DNA of 63,651 nucleotides, filler included, from Rhabdomonas costata (GCA_019059605.1; 47 parts of 47 records of this genome joined end to end with filler, not necessarily neighbours in it), one strand, 5' to 3'; positions 24,444 through 36,265 are shown, counted from the whole stretch's first letter. Made by a program: numbers and translations. Notes: generated from the letters alone by a model not told the origin.

Positions 24444-25345
24444 GCGTACCAAGAGACCAGCGCCATGAAAGATGCCAAGCGACGCCTCAAGCAGAGATGC
24501 GAGACTGACCTGAAGCACGTCCACGATGCCATCCAAAAGGCTGACCTGGAGGTTTGGAAGGAGGGCTTGCGGACCATTGTCTTTGCTTTTTTTTTTTTGG
24601 TTTACTTTGCTTTTGCTTTTCTTTTTTCTTTTTTCTCTCCTTTGTCTGCCCAGAAGTTCATGTCTCTTACCTATCCTATCTTGTAAGTGCAGGCAACCAA
24701 GGCTAGAGGTTAGGTTGCTTTTTGCCCCTGCTTTTTGCAGGACGCCGAAGCTATGAAGCGGTTCATGTCGCAGAAGGAGAAGTCCGAAAAGTTCATCAAG
24801 GACAACCAGGACAAGCAGGACGAGTGCTGGCGCAAGATCCAGGACTTGGAGCGTCAGCTCCAGAAGCTTGGCATGCCCGCTCCGTTCTTTACACCATTTT
24901 TGCAGTTGGTGCCTGCTGCATGTGCATGTGCATCCCCTTTCGTTCTTCTTTCTCCTGTCTCCCTCCGTACAATAAAACCCCCCCCCGTTATTCATTTTTA
25001 CTGAGCGGCGCTACTCACTTTTTGTACAGCGATCTCTACGCACTTTTGAACCTGCGTGGCGATCAGCAAACGCTACTTACGGGTCTAATGTACTGCGCCC
25101 CTCCGTCCTTTGTTTTCGAGGTTGGACCTCTTCCTTTCATGAACGTCCTTCGCCTCCCTCTTCGAAATTTTATTGCAACACTACAAAAAAATTCGCCTTT
25201 TCCGAAATTTCATACCTTGTACCTTACCTGGAGCTTTCTTTACTTTCCGACAGGAACGGAGAGGTTTGAGGAGGTCAAGCGCCGAATTGAGGAAAATGAC
25301 CGCGAGGAGAAGCGCAAGGTGGAGTACCAGCAGTTCCTGGACGTG
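24444..25345 (+). CDS. PFR2: Paraflagellar rod major protein (PFR2-like); exons 24444-24551, 24741-24870, 25254-25345
   Basis: Spliced AYQETSAMKDAKRRLKQRCETDLKHVHDAIQKADLE|DAEAMKRFMSQKEKSEKFI...LQKL|GTERFEEVKRRIEENDREEKRKVEYQQFLDV. This is the euglenozoan PFR signature, and EENDREEKRKVEYQQFLDV favours PFR2 over PFR1. Confidence 0.93.
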
Positions 25346-26194
25346 GTACTGCCCCCCTCCTCGCCCCGTCACTGTAAATGGGGCCGATCAATTGTCCTTG
25401 TGCTTCGGGGGGGGGGGTACTTTTTCGCGGAGTTTCCATGCTGAGAGCACGTCAGGTGGTTTTTTTTTCCGTCTTTTCCAGTTCACTGAGTTGCGTGTCG
25501 TCCCTGCCCAAGTTCTGACCCGAGGTGGCAAGTTTATCTGGTTTTTCGCACCGATTTTAATGTAGTTAGCCCCGTGTCATCGGCCCCCACCTGCAATTTC
25601 GGATGCGCAGCGATACGTTCAATCGCAATTGTTCTCTGCTCCCTCCCCCACCAACCACACCCACCACANNNNNNNNNNNNNNNNNNNNNNNNNNNNNNNN
25701 NNNNNNNNNNNNTTAATTAATTAANNNNNNNNNNNNNNNNNNNNNNNNNNNNNNNNNNNNNNNNNNNNGTGTGTGGGGTATCGGTTGTATTGTTATTGTT
25801 GATATGCACATAGGTCCGATGGTCTTCTTCGGTTCCCTCTGTCCGGACCAAGAAGACCATCGGACCTATGTGCATATCAACAATAACAATACAACCGATA
25901 CCCTACACAAGCTGGCGAAGCCATTCCATTGTGAGACACAAGGAACAGGCAGAGCTGCGGAACAGCACTTGCAACATGAAGGTGTGGAGGCCAAACCAAG
26001 GGGAAGCAGTTGGGGGAAGGACCTGCCTCAAGCCTGACAGCCTGGTCGCTGAGGTGAGAGTGACATGTGAGACGCACCCACTTACCCACCCATCACTCAT
26101 CACATCTCATTTTATTGCTAATTGTCTGGTTGCGGTGTGTGAGTTTCTGGGGGGTTGGTGTGGGTCTGTTGGAGCGATTGTGTTTGGTGCGCAG

Positions 26195-27025
26195 ATGACT
26201 ACCTGGACGAGTACAACATCAACACCAGCTCCAAGCAGATGAGCCTGGTGTTCTTCAAGGATCACTGCCAGCACCTGTGCCGCATCATCCGGATCATCCG
26301 CCAGCTCCGAGGCAATGCCCTGCTGGTCGGCGTCGGAGGTCTGCGCTTGCATCTGTATGTATGAGGCTCTGCCTATCCTTTTTCTCAGCTGACTTATTTT
26401 TTCATCTTCTTTAGGGGTTTTTTCCAGCTTTAAGGAAGGGATACATTTCTGTGATAAAAACCACAACCCTTCGCCCAAGGTCCACAACACTGACTGACCG
26501 GGAATGGCCCAATGACCAGTGGGATGAATGTGCGTATTGATCCCTGGCATGCCCTGGCGGGTGGGCACTTAAAGCTTGCGGGTGATTGGGCCTCTTTGGA
26601 CCTTTGCGGACCTTGTACGGTGCCTGAGCTTTCCGACCCGGCTGCTTACTCAACGGTAGAGCCCCTTCATACTGGCACCGGAGTGGGCCGTAACCCTTTT
26701 TCGAGCCATTTCTTTTTTTTTGCTTATAGGTGTCTTTCTGGCATGGCAAAAAAAGGAATTCATGCTAATTGTCACATCAGCAGATTTTTGTGTTTGTGTG
26801 ATTTCGTAGGTTCGGGGAAGCGGTCTCTGACCCGGCTTGCCGCGGCGATCACGGAGTACGCTTGCGCAGAGATCGAGGTGAGCAAGAACTACGGCATGGA
26901 GCAGTTCCACCAGAACCTCATGGAGCTGTACGAGAGCACCGGGGTGCACCGCCAGCCCAACGTCTTCCTGCTCAGCGACAACCAGATCGTCGATGAGACC
27001 ATGCTGGAGGACATCAACAACACAC
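26195..27025 (+). CDS. Axonemal dynein heavy chain, AAA4 region; exons 26195-26338 and 26810-27025
   Basis: MSLVFFKDHCQHLCRIIRIIRQLRGNALLVGVG|GSGKRSLTRLAA...VFLLSDNQIVDETMLEDINN. The P-loop is split by a GT-AG intron. Confidence 0.95.
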
Positions 27026-27130
27026 NNNNNNNNNNNNNNNNNNNNNNNNNNNNNNNNNNNNNNNNNNNNTTAATTAATTAANNNNNNNNNNNNNNNNNNN
27101 NNNNNNNNNNNNNNNNNNNNNNNNNCAGCA

Positions 27131-27144
27131 TACTACTACTACTT

Positions 27145-27222
<78 letters not shown>
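27131..27222. repeat. (TAC)n trinucleotide microsatellite, ~30 copies
   Basis: Seen directly, with one interruption. Confidence 0.95.
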
Positions 27223-27639
27223 ATGATAATACTCTTGCAAAAGCTTGTTTGAAGGCAGCTTGACGCTTCAGGGATGACGAGGAGGAGGACGAACCAAGGG
27301 AAAGATGGCAGCAAGAGTGGGAAAACAGGACAAAGGGCAGCGGGCAGACAGGCTAGTAGCTGAAAAAGCTGCCTGTTTCCTGGCCAACCTGGGTACACGA
27401 CCGAAACAGCTCCCAGGCAAGGGTGGCAGCGAGCAAAGCCTTCAACTATTCAGAAGAGATCCTGGAGAGAGATCCTGGTCCGAGGTATTTCCTCTTTGGT
27501 CTAATGGGCCGTAACGAAGGATACGAAGGATAAATTTTCGGGCAGGGCATGCCTGCGCCCGCGCACAAACGGGGTGCAAACGGGGCGGTGCACCTCACTA
27601 GTCACGAAACAAGATATTTACGTACCTCACCGCGCTGGA

Positions 27640-27667
27640 GATTGGTGCATCTGTGATTGGTGCATCT
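27640..27667 (+). promoter_or_regulatory. Duplicated GATTGGTGCATCT (two inverted CCAAT boxes) upstream of RPS10
   Basis: 13-nt direct repeat at 27640-27652 and 27655-27667, 140-165 nt before the ATG. Function is inferred from position only. Confidence 0.25.
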
Positions 27668-27805
27668 AAATCAGTAAGCTGGAACCTGTGTTGGCCTCCG
27701 TCGTCGCTGTCCATTCATGCCCGTCATGGGTTTCCCATCACTGGCAGAACCGTTCCTGTGGGTTTCTTTGCGAGCCCTCCTTGATCACTTGCTTTGCTTT
27801 TTCAG

Positions 27806-28177
27806 ATGCTCATTGTGAAGAAGAATCGAGAGCTGGTCTACCAGTACGTTTTCAAGGAGGGCGTTATTGTTGCCAGGAAACAGTTCAAGGGGAAGCACCC
27901 CAACCTTGATGTTCCCAACTTGGAGGTGCTTCAGTTGATGCGGAGCTTTGTTTCTCGCAACTTTGCCAAGGAGCAGTTTGCGTGGAGGCACTACTACTGG
28001 TTTGACATGGTTTTACTTTTATGTAAGGGATTTTTTTTAAGGAATATTCTTTCTTCTCCTTTTCTGTTTCGAAGGACTTTGACCAACGAAGGCATTGAGT
28101 ACCTTCGTGAGTTCCTTCACCTGCCTTCTGAGATTGTTCCTGCCACGTTGAAGAGCTCCACCCGCTCTGTTCCGCAG
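27806..28177 (+). CDS. RPS10: 40S ribosomal protein S10 (eS10), 5' part; exons 27806-27999 and 28075-28177
   Basis: [25 protein letters not shown]...[56 protein letters not shown]. The 75-nt GT-AG intron is in frame. Confidence 0.97.
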
Positions 28178-28710
28178 GTCTCTCACACTCACTGGATCTA
28201 GATTTGTGACCAGTTCTTTTCGTCATCAAGAATTTTAAAAAGGGCTTTCTGTTGACAGTGTCGACGTCGTTTAGCGTTTCAAGTGCACAGTGGGCAAGAA
28301 CAAATGAAAGGGCCCAGCTGAGGTCCTATTCCTCGGACCCACTTTCCCATTAAATTAAGTCCAAGTCCAAGTCCAAGTCCACAAANNNNNNNNNNNNNNN
28401 NNNNNNNNNNNNNNNNNNNNNNNNNNNNNTTAATTAATTAANNNNNNNNNNNNNNNNNNNNNNNNNNNNNNNNNNNNNNNNNNNNGTGTGGGTTGGGGCG
28501 CTGTACCGATATTTTCAAGTAAAATGGTCCAATACAAAAAATTGTTGTCCGTGGTGCCGTGGGTTTAATCGGATCACCGTCAAGCGTTCCACATGTGGTA
28601 ACCTACCTTACGCCCCTACGGCTTTCCAACTTGCCCCATTGCTACTCAGGTCTTGGGTGATACGTGACATGATCGTGTGCGGGTGTGTGGGCATGAGCAC
28701 GCAGCGATAC

Positions 28711-29691
28711 CATCCGGCGCAGGGGATGGCCGCGGCCTCCGCAAAGCTCAGCCCAGTGGGCATCGGGGCAGTGGTGTTGGCCGTCGTCACGGAGTACTCC
28801 GCAAACCCACCGTACCTTTGAAGGAAGGCGAATGCATGGGCAAATATTGAGTTTTGCGAACTTTTCGCTCTGCGCCTTGCGACCAAGAAAGCAGCGTTTT
28901 AAAACTTCTTTCTCTCATCGCCGTTCTGAACTTCCAGAACTTCCAGTCCTCCTCCGCCTTGGCGTCCGAAATCGGAATCTCCGAGGGCCTCACCAGAAAT
29001 GTGTGGTGTGTGTCGGGGGGGCGGTGGAACCACTTATTTTGACCCGAAACGTTCGCCCCCATAGGTGGTCATCCTCGGACCCGAACGGACGTAGGACACA
29101 TTTTTTGACCTCACAGCTCGAGCTAGAGTGGCGGGTTTGGGCATGGTTCCTCCTGAATGGTTGGCTTCTCGGCCATGGACGCCTTGTCTACCTTCTCTAC
29201 GACATGAGCCCTTCAAGGTCCAATTTCGGCTTTTCCAGGACCCAGGGGTGCACTTCTTCGACCTTTTCAGGATTGCATACAGGCCTGTCCTTTCACCCGG
29301 GGGCCCTGGGTATTTCGCACTGGTAGAAGGGTAGACCAGTTGTGCTTGGGTCTGCGTGCCCCAGAGCCCATGTAAGCCTAGAGGCATTGTAACGGCCACT
29401 TAAGGGACTTAAGGGCACCAGGGGACTAAAGGGGACTTAAGGGGTCCAGCTCTTCACAAAGGCAACAGAAAGCGACAGCAAGTCGAGCAAAAAAAAGAGC
29501 TCGGGGAGGAGGTGAAGGACAGTACTGACAATTAAGGTAGCAGTTCAAACAACAGCCATTCGCCCGTCCAAATGGCACAGCCCTTCCAAAATGCTCAGCC
29601 CAGGAAGAAACTCCCTTTGAGCCATACTGCTTTCTGACGTTGGAGTGGTAGTACACCTTGTCGCCAGGCTTGAACTGAGTAACTCCACTTC
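28711..29691 (-). CDS. Zn-binding alcohol dehydrogenase/quinone oxidoreductase (MDR) family; exons 29691-29628 and 28815-28711
   Basis: GSGVTQFKPGDKVYYHSNVRKQ|YGGFAEYSVTTANTTAPMPTGLSFAEAAAIPCAGW carries GVxxFKPGDxV, GGFAEY and PxxLSFxEAAAIP. Confidence 0.9.
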
Positions 29692-31994
29692 CTGCAATCC
29701 CCACCGAGAACGCAACCCGGGTATGAGACCGATCCCTGCCCANNNNNNNNNNNNNNNNNNNNNNNNNNNNNNNNNNNNNNNNNNNNTTAATTAATTAANN
29801 NNNNNNNNNNNNNNNNNNNNNNNNNNNNNNNNNNNNNNNNNNCATCATCCACGCCTTCTTGTGCGTGAAACTCCGGTCTCTGTGTGCGGTCTCGATTAAC
29901 TGATCCGTATTGAGACGAGCGCCAAACAGGCGGAACCCAATACCGATTGTTCTGAAGGCGTTGGCGTCGCAGACAACGTTGTACCTTGGTTCACTAATCT
30001 GCCCTGGAAAATTTTGCGAGCCTCGAACCCCTATTGTGCTCTCACTACGCTATTGTCAAGTCAGAAGCGTCGGTTTTATTTAGCAGTGACTGGCCGTCAA
30101 CGTACAGGTCGGCGGAAGCCCCAGCCTGACCATCAGGAGGTCATCGCCAGTGTAAACCTCAATACTTCCTTCATTTACGGAATTTTCGCGTTCACCCACT
30201 CGCCATTTGGGCGAAGAGGAATTGTAAGCCACGCGCGGTCATTTGGTGTTCTTTTGAGCAGAAATATTAACTTCTGTTCAACGGGTCACACATCTTCTTT
30301 CAGTTGTTGTTCTGCATTCAACTGTTTACCGAGTGTCGGCCGAGCTGCACGCCTCGGTTACAGCCGAAAAGACCACCAAAGTCCCTTCGGCGTAACAGGA
30401 GAAAGAGCTTCGAAATATGCTCACCGACGAGGGCACTGCTGGACACTTCCATTATCTCCGATCTTCTGCCAGCACACCATCACGTCTCTGATCCACCATC
30501 AAACCCTGTGGATGGCAACATACAACTCTGTAACTCTTTCTGGCAGGTGCGACATCTTGCCATATCTTTAACCCTGGACTTTGCAAAAATGGGAAGCACT
30601 TCCTTTTTCAGTCAAGCCTCTCAAAGAGGAACTCGAAAACGCTCGGTAGCTTGATCAGAGCTCTCTCCGCAACCTCACACTCGCACTCACACACTTTCTT
30701 TCTTTCACCACTCCTCGCACTGGGCTGGGGAATTGGCACACCACGGGCAGGACCGGTTCAGCCCAAAAATAATCATCGCTGTGGATGCGGCTCGAGGAGG
30801 AACTTCATCCTGCGAGGAATTGTAAACTTAAGCTCCTGAAAAGGAAATAAAAGATACAGACACACAGAACGAAGCGTCATAACGAAATCCGAAGCTCGTC
30901 TCGTGCCTAGAGTTCAACCCTACTCCACTTGCCACCGTGTGGATAACCCACTCCAACCACATTTCGGGATACTATCATACCAGTGAGCGTCCAGATTTAC
31001 GTTTTTATTTTCCGGAAATGACGATCACGCGGCGGCTTCCACCGAACACATGCGTCCGTTACCTAATGTTGCTGATCAGCTACCTGGAAGACAACCAAAN
31101 NNNNNNNNNNNNNNNNNNNNNNNNNNNNNNNNNNNNNNNNNNNTTAATTAATTAANNNNNNNNNNNNNNNNNNNNNNNNNNNNNNNNNNNNNNNNNNNNT
31201 GTTGTTTTTCGTTGTTCGGACACCTTTTCATCCCCAACATAGCACACCACTACACACTTCCCGAGGATGAAAAGGTGTCCGAAAGAAAAAGTTCGAAAGC
31301 GCCGAACAACGAAAAGCAAGATCTTTCTCAGAAGGTAAGAATGAACATGCACAACCTCCCCCTCCACGGTATCCCCCGCGCCCGCGTCCGCTCTGTCCGC
31401 GCTCCATCAAAGAGAAGCAAAAACCGAAAAGCGCGGTGGCTGCCATCGAGAAGAAGCCAAGCATGAGGATGCCACTCATGAGAGACAAAGATGAGAACGG
31501 GATGAGAATCGTATTGAGATGCGGCGAAGGAATGCAATGGGGGCAAGATTTTTCATCTCTGAGTCATGCCAGAGTGAGGAGTGATGGTGTCGGACGGCTC
31601 TCCATCACTGTGCTAGAACACCCAAAAGGATCAAACTCCCTAGAAACTTTATAATTCTCCCTTTCATTGTGAGAACGGCATCGCGATAAATGACAAATAC
31701 CAAAGACCAAAGACCAAAGACCAAACGCTCTCATGGAGCAAAACTACTAGGATGGGAAACCAAAAGGAATGAACTTCGGTGCAAGATATCCGGAGGAGGT
31801 TAACACACTGCCCCCTGGAGTTGATAATTGTGCGCGTTTGGTGGGCTCCAGGCGGCCTGCGGCTATTTGCCTGGCCCCCGTTCGGCGTGGGGGTGAGGTT
31901 GGGTGGTTCTTTTGTAAATACGTTGTGGGTGCTGTCGTAAACCCTCCGCTGCGTGAGATAAGAAGCGGCGCAAAAGCGATACCAAAGAGAGGGT

Positions 31995-32094
31995 GAAAGG
32001 TCAGAGAATTCTGACTCCATGGACGGGCCACGCAGCGTTTCGGGAGGCCTGCTGTATGTACAAAAGACACCAGGCCTGCTTCGGCTTAGCCCTC
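31995..32094. repeat. Interspersed repeat, copy 1 (copy 2 at 32831-32913)
   Basis: The core cgggaggcctgctgt(a/g)tgtacaaaag(a/g)cac(c)aggcctgcttcg(g/a)cttagccctc is shared by two different contigs, with weaker similarity upstream. Confidence 0.85.
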
Positions 32095-32930
32095 AGGTGT
32101 TTTTTCCTACGCTAAAAATGAACTGTTCCTTTAATATCGGTCCAAAGCAAAAAAAATTGCCTGCCTTCTCTCCACATGAGCTTGTTAAAACCTGCTTGTG
32201 ACAGATCAACTTTCCCTGCCACGACTGAAGCTCACCGTTGAACTCCGCTTTCGGTCACCTACAGGGCGCCCACCATATACCAGCGGCATCGATACAGCAG
32301 TACGTCGTGCACAAACATCAAGCCCACTCCGCAATTACTTTCACATCCAACAGATCCAACAGCACTCCAGCCCAATGAGGAAACTTGAACAAAGAGCCCA
32401 ACCCAGTCACCCGTCTCGCACTAAAAGCTACTTTCCTTTCCGCTCAACAACCCCCCNNNNNNNNNNNNNNNNNNNNNNNNNNNNNNNNNNNNNNNNNNNN
32501 TTAATTAATTAANNNNNNNNNNNNNNNNNNNNNNNNNNNNNNNNNNNNNNNNNNNNGGGTTTGTGGGGACAGCAGAGGAGAGGCTATCGGCTCTTACCTC
32601 CTGTCCCCGCAAGGCGAAACCTCTACGCCACCTCTGCCACTTTTTTGGGACCTTGGGATGATGGGATAAACACCGGTACGGGACTGACAGCCTCCGCTGC
32701 AACCCTCCATTCTTGTGACATCTTTCCGAAGAGTCGTGGAGCGGCGCGAAAGGGTTACGAAAGAGCCGCCAAGGGGCACCACGACCGACCGAGATTGAAA
32801 GATTGAAAAGTTTGAAAAGATTGAAAGATTGAAAGGTCGGAAACTTCTGTCACCAATGACCGGGAGGCCTGCTGTGTGTACAAAAGGCACAGGCCTGCTT
32901 CGACTTAGCCCTCCTTTCGTTCTTTCACAG

Positions 32931-33078
32931 CGCCCTTCATGAACGCCCTGGTGAACAAGGACCGTGAGGCCTACGGGCAGGCCATGTTGCTGCTGGTGCT
33001 GTCCATCCTTTTTGGCTCCGTGGCCAACGCCGCAGTGCTCTCCGTGGGTGACGTCTTGTGCAACTGCGTGTGGCAACG
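32931..33078 (+). CDS. Exon of an ABCD/SbmA-like ABC transporter membrane domain
   Basis: tctttcacag|CG...PFMNALVNKDREAYGQAMLLLVLSILFGSVANAAVLSVGDVLCNCVWQR|gttagt carries FxNALxxKDxxxF, a TM helix and the WR-like motif. Confidence 0.6.
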
Positions 33079-34358
33079 GTTAGTGCTGATGTACCCTCCC
33101 CCTTCGCTTCCCCAGCATACCTCCCACGCTCTGATCACCTGATCCCTCCGAGAGACTCTTCGAGAGTGGGCGAGAAGGAGCCGGCACAGAGAGAGGGAGA
33201 CGACAGGGAATGATGCGAGGGCTATTCAAACGAATTGCTTCAAGCATTCACACGGTGAAACAGGAAGCGGTGTACCAGCTTGCTCCCCAGGCTTGCCAGT
33301 TAGAAAAGCGCAGACTACGAGACTCATTCATCAGCCGTGAATGTGACAGCTGCAGCCAGAGCAAACAGCCCAGTGCCCTGAGCGGGGCCTTCAGATCGCA
33401 GTCGATTTTTGAAAAAAAAACATACACACATATTCCGGTGGTTGGCAGTAGGTTTGTCAACGGGACCCATGTGTTCATGATTGTTGTTGCCCGGGGTGAA
33501 TCGAATGGCCCGGCCTCAGCTAGCTAATTGAACCAGGGTTTCCTAGATTTGGTGATTCCATTGCCTCATGTGCATCCCTAGGTTGTGTATTGATGCCTCC
33601 TCAGGAGACAGTACTGAGACCTTGAAAACTCTTCTGGTTTTTATAATTAGACGTTGCGATTACGTCAACGATGGCAGAGCGGAACTCTGCAGGCATGAGA
33701 AATTATGATGGGTTGGTTTAACTTCAAACTCCCGAGTCGAGAACCGCAGTGAGCTATCAGCAAACAAGGAGCGACCCTTGCGCGCACACCCACTTATTCA
33801 CACCACACCCAAANNNNNNNNNNNNNNNNNNNNNNNNNNNNNNNNNNNNNNNNNNNNTTAATTAATTAANNNNNNNNNNNNNNNNNNNNNNNNNNNNNNN
33901 NNNNNNNNNNNNNGCCGAACTGAAGGTTTTGCGTTGGGGGAGGGGGTTGGTGGGCGATGAAAGTCGCGAGCGAGCGTGCAAAGACCGCAACGTTCGGGCC
34001 TGCAAATCATACCCACCCAATTGGGAGGGGGGGGGCGTTCAATTCAAAGCAGTTCTCTATCAAATAATGAAGTCTTTGAAAGGCCCTATTTTGGCACCCC
34101 TTTTCCTAAAATAACTCGCACACCCGCTACCACCACCTCAGGCTCCTCTCCGTATTGGGAACCTTTCTCCGCTTGCCTGCACACCGGGCAGAAGCACACA
34201 CGGGCACGAAGCCTGGCAAGGGTTTCGTTCTCAATGCACCGATAGACAACACGACACTGGAAAGCACAGCCAAAGAGTTCCCGAACGACAATACCTCCAG
34301 CTTCTCCCCCCTACCCTATCGTAAACGTTTTTTTTGGGTGGCGGGGAGGGCCATGCAC

Positions 34359-34566
34359 CTTCGCCGTGAGATCGGGATGCAGCGGAAGCACGGCCGCCGT
34401 GAGGAGGGGCAGTCCGAGCCGCAACGCGAACAGCAACACCGCTGTGGCAGGGGAGGGCTCAGGTCCACCCGTGGGCACTGCCTCTGTGAGGCCCGTCCCC
34501 CGCAGAGCCCCCGCCGCCGCTGTGGGCTCCAATAGCGCAGCCGCCACGGCGTCGAGGACCTTCCGC
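34359..34566 (-). CDS. Probable exon, hypothetical Ala/Leu-rich protein
   Basis: GC-rich open frame RKVLDAVAAALLEP...LHPDLTAK|gtgcat. The acceptor is uncertain. Confidence 0.35.
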
Positions 34567-36002
34567 TCCACCAGCAGAATGGGGAACACAGGACGAGCAG
34601 AGAGTTCCTATGGGGACACAAGAATGACGCTAAGCTAAAAAAAACTGATACCAAATCACATCAGAACGGAAAGAAAGAAAATCGCATTAACCTTTCACTT
34701 CACTTCACTTCAATTCACCTTCAATTTAGGTCCTTCCTCTTCCCAATTTTAATTCCCTATTCTCTTTCCAAGTGCTCCAGTGATGGGAGGCACTGCCGCG
34801 AGGGAAAGAGCCATAAGAGAGCGGGGCAACCAATGGGCGTAGCGTCAGATACGCCAAGTGTGGGGAAAAACGGACCGCGGATCGCCTCACTTTATCCCGA
34901 TCTCGTTTGCAGAAGCCAAAATATCCGGCAACCTCCGCAGCCCACACCACAGTACAAGAATACAACGCAATAGCACACAGGAATTGGGCTTGCGCCACAG
35001 AAAAGGAAGGGGGGTACTCTTGAGCAAAAAGAGCCAAATATTTTGCTGCAACACCGACTGGCTGCTCAAACAGAACTTTTTCGCCCTCGTACATTTTCGT
35101 ATTTTGAATGAATGCAGGCCCCTTGACGAGGGCTTCCCAGCCTCAACAGGGGCCTGCATTTAACCAAAAAANNNNNNNNNNNNNNNNNNNNNNNNNNNNN
35201 NNNNNNNNNNNNNNNTTAATTAATTAANNNNNNNNNNNNNNNNNNNNNNNNNNNNNNNNNNNNNNNNNNNNGGGTGGTTGGCGGTTGGCGTTTAGGGGCT
35301 GCGGCTTGAAAGAAAATCTCCAACACCACACGATAGAGACCGCTTGATAAGCAGCAAGGAAGGGAAACAAGGAGAAGCAGGAGTTAATATGGAGAAAGCA
35401 CTCCCTCGGAACATACCGCCCTTATTTTTTATTATCTTTTGCCAAACAGTAAGCTGTAGGGCTGGGCCCACCTGTGATTGGCGGCAGCTCCGCCGTGGGG
35501 AGCGTATCCATGAAGGGCCGGTTCAGCCCCACCCCAAACTCCCGCTCTCCGGAAAGCGACAGCAGCACAATGGTCACAATCTGAGATCAGAGGCAAAGAC
35601 AGTATCCACGGCAAGAAGAACGGCAGGAAGGCGGGCAGGCGGACAAAAAAGACGACGGTAAAGAAGAGCACGGGGTTGCATACATATCTCGATGGCATCA
35701 GAGGCACACACACTGTTTCTTCCGGAGAGGAGTGTGTGAATTGGAACGGGTCACAATAAACCCTAACCAAAGGGGCGTAGTGCATTGGACGCCCACCCAT
35801 CCACCCAAAACAGCCCAAGACATCCTGTAAAGAACCTTCCTTTTGCGATCCAAGGGACATTTGCATCGCCTGCTTACCCTCTGCAAATTCTTCTAATGGA
35901 ATCCCCGGGGACAACTGCATCACCCTGAAACCCGCAGCAAAAGTTGCGATTAGCTGCGCACAAAGTGAGTGTCACCACTACTCAAAGATGAACACCGGGG
36001 GT

Positions 36003-36114
36003 GGGGTAACGGTTACCACTGGTAACCGTAACCAGTGGTAACTTCTACTATGGGAGCATTTTTTAAGCCAGTTTTGTGTAAATCGGTAGCGGTACCAGTG
36101 GAAACCGTTACCCC
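36003..36114. mobile_element. MITE-like element with 22-bp terminal inverted repeats
   Basis: ggggtaacggttaccactggta ... taccagtggaaaccgttacccc (1 mismatch), plus an internal 12-bp hairpin at 36012-36042. A related sequence lies at ~55637-55670. No clear target-site duplication. Confidence 0.55.
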
Positions 36115-36191
36115 CCAAACACACACATCCATTGGGCTGACATTTTTAACCGAAGCCTGTATTTATTTTTTTTGTTTTATTTTTTAGCCTC

Positions 36192-36265
36192 TATTTATGC
36201 CGGTGGTCCTTCGCGACATCCTGTGATGTGCCGTGGTTAAAAACTCTCAGTTTACGGTGTAGCCT
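36192..36265. repeat. Interspersed 74-nt repeat, copy 2
   Basis: Matches 19243-19316. Confidence 0.9.

Noticed and set aside
25769-25902. ~50-bp perfect hairpin as a pre-miRNA, MITE or structured euglenid intron
   Set aside because: One arm starts at the contig edge next to the G/T tag, like the other terminal fold-backs, so it is most likely an amplification chimera.
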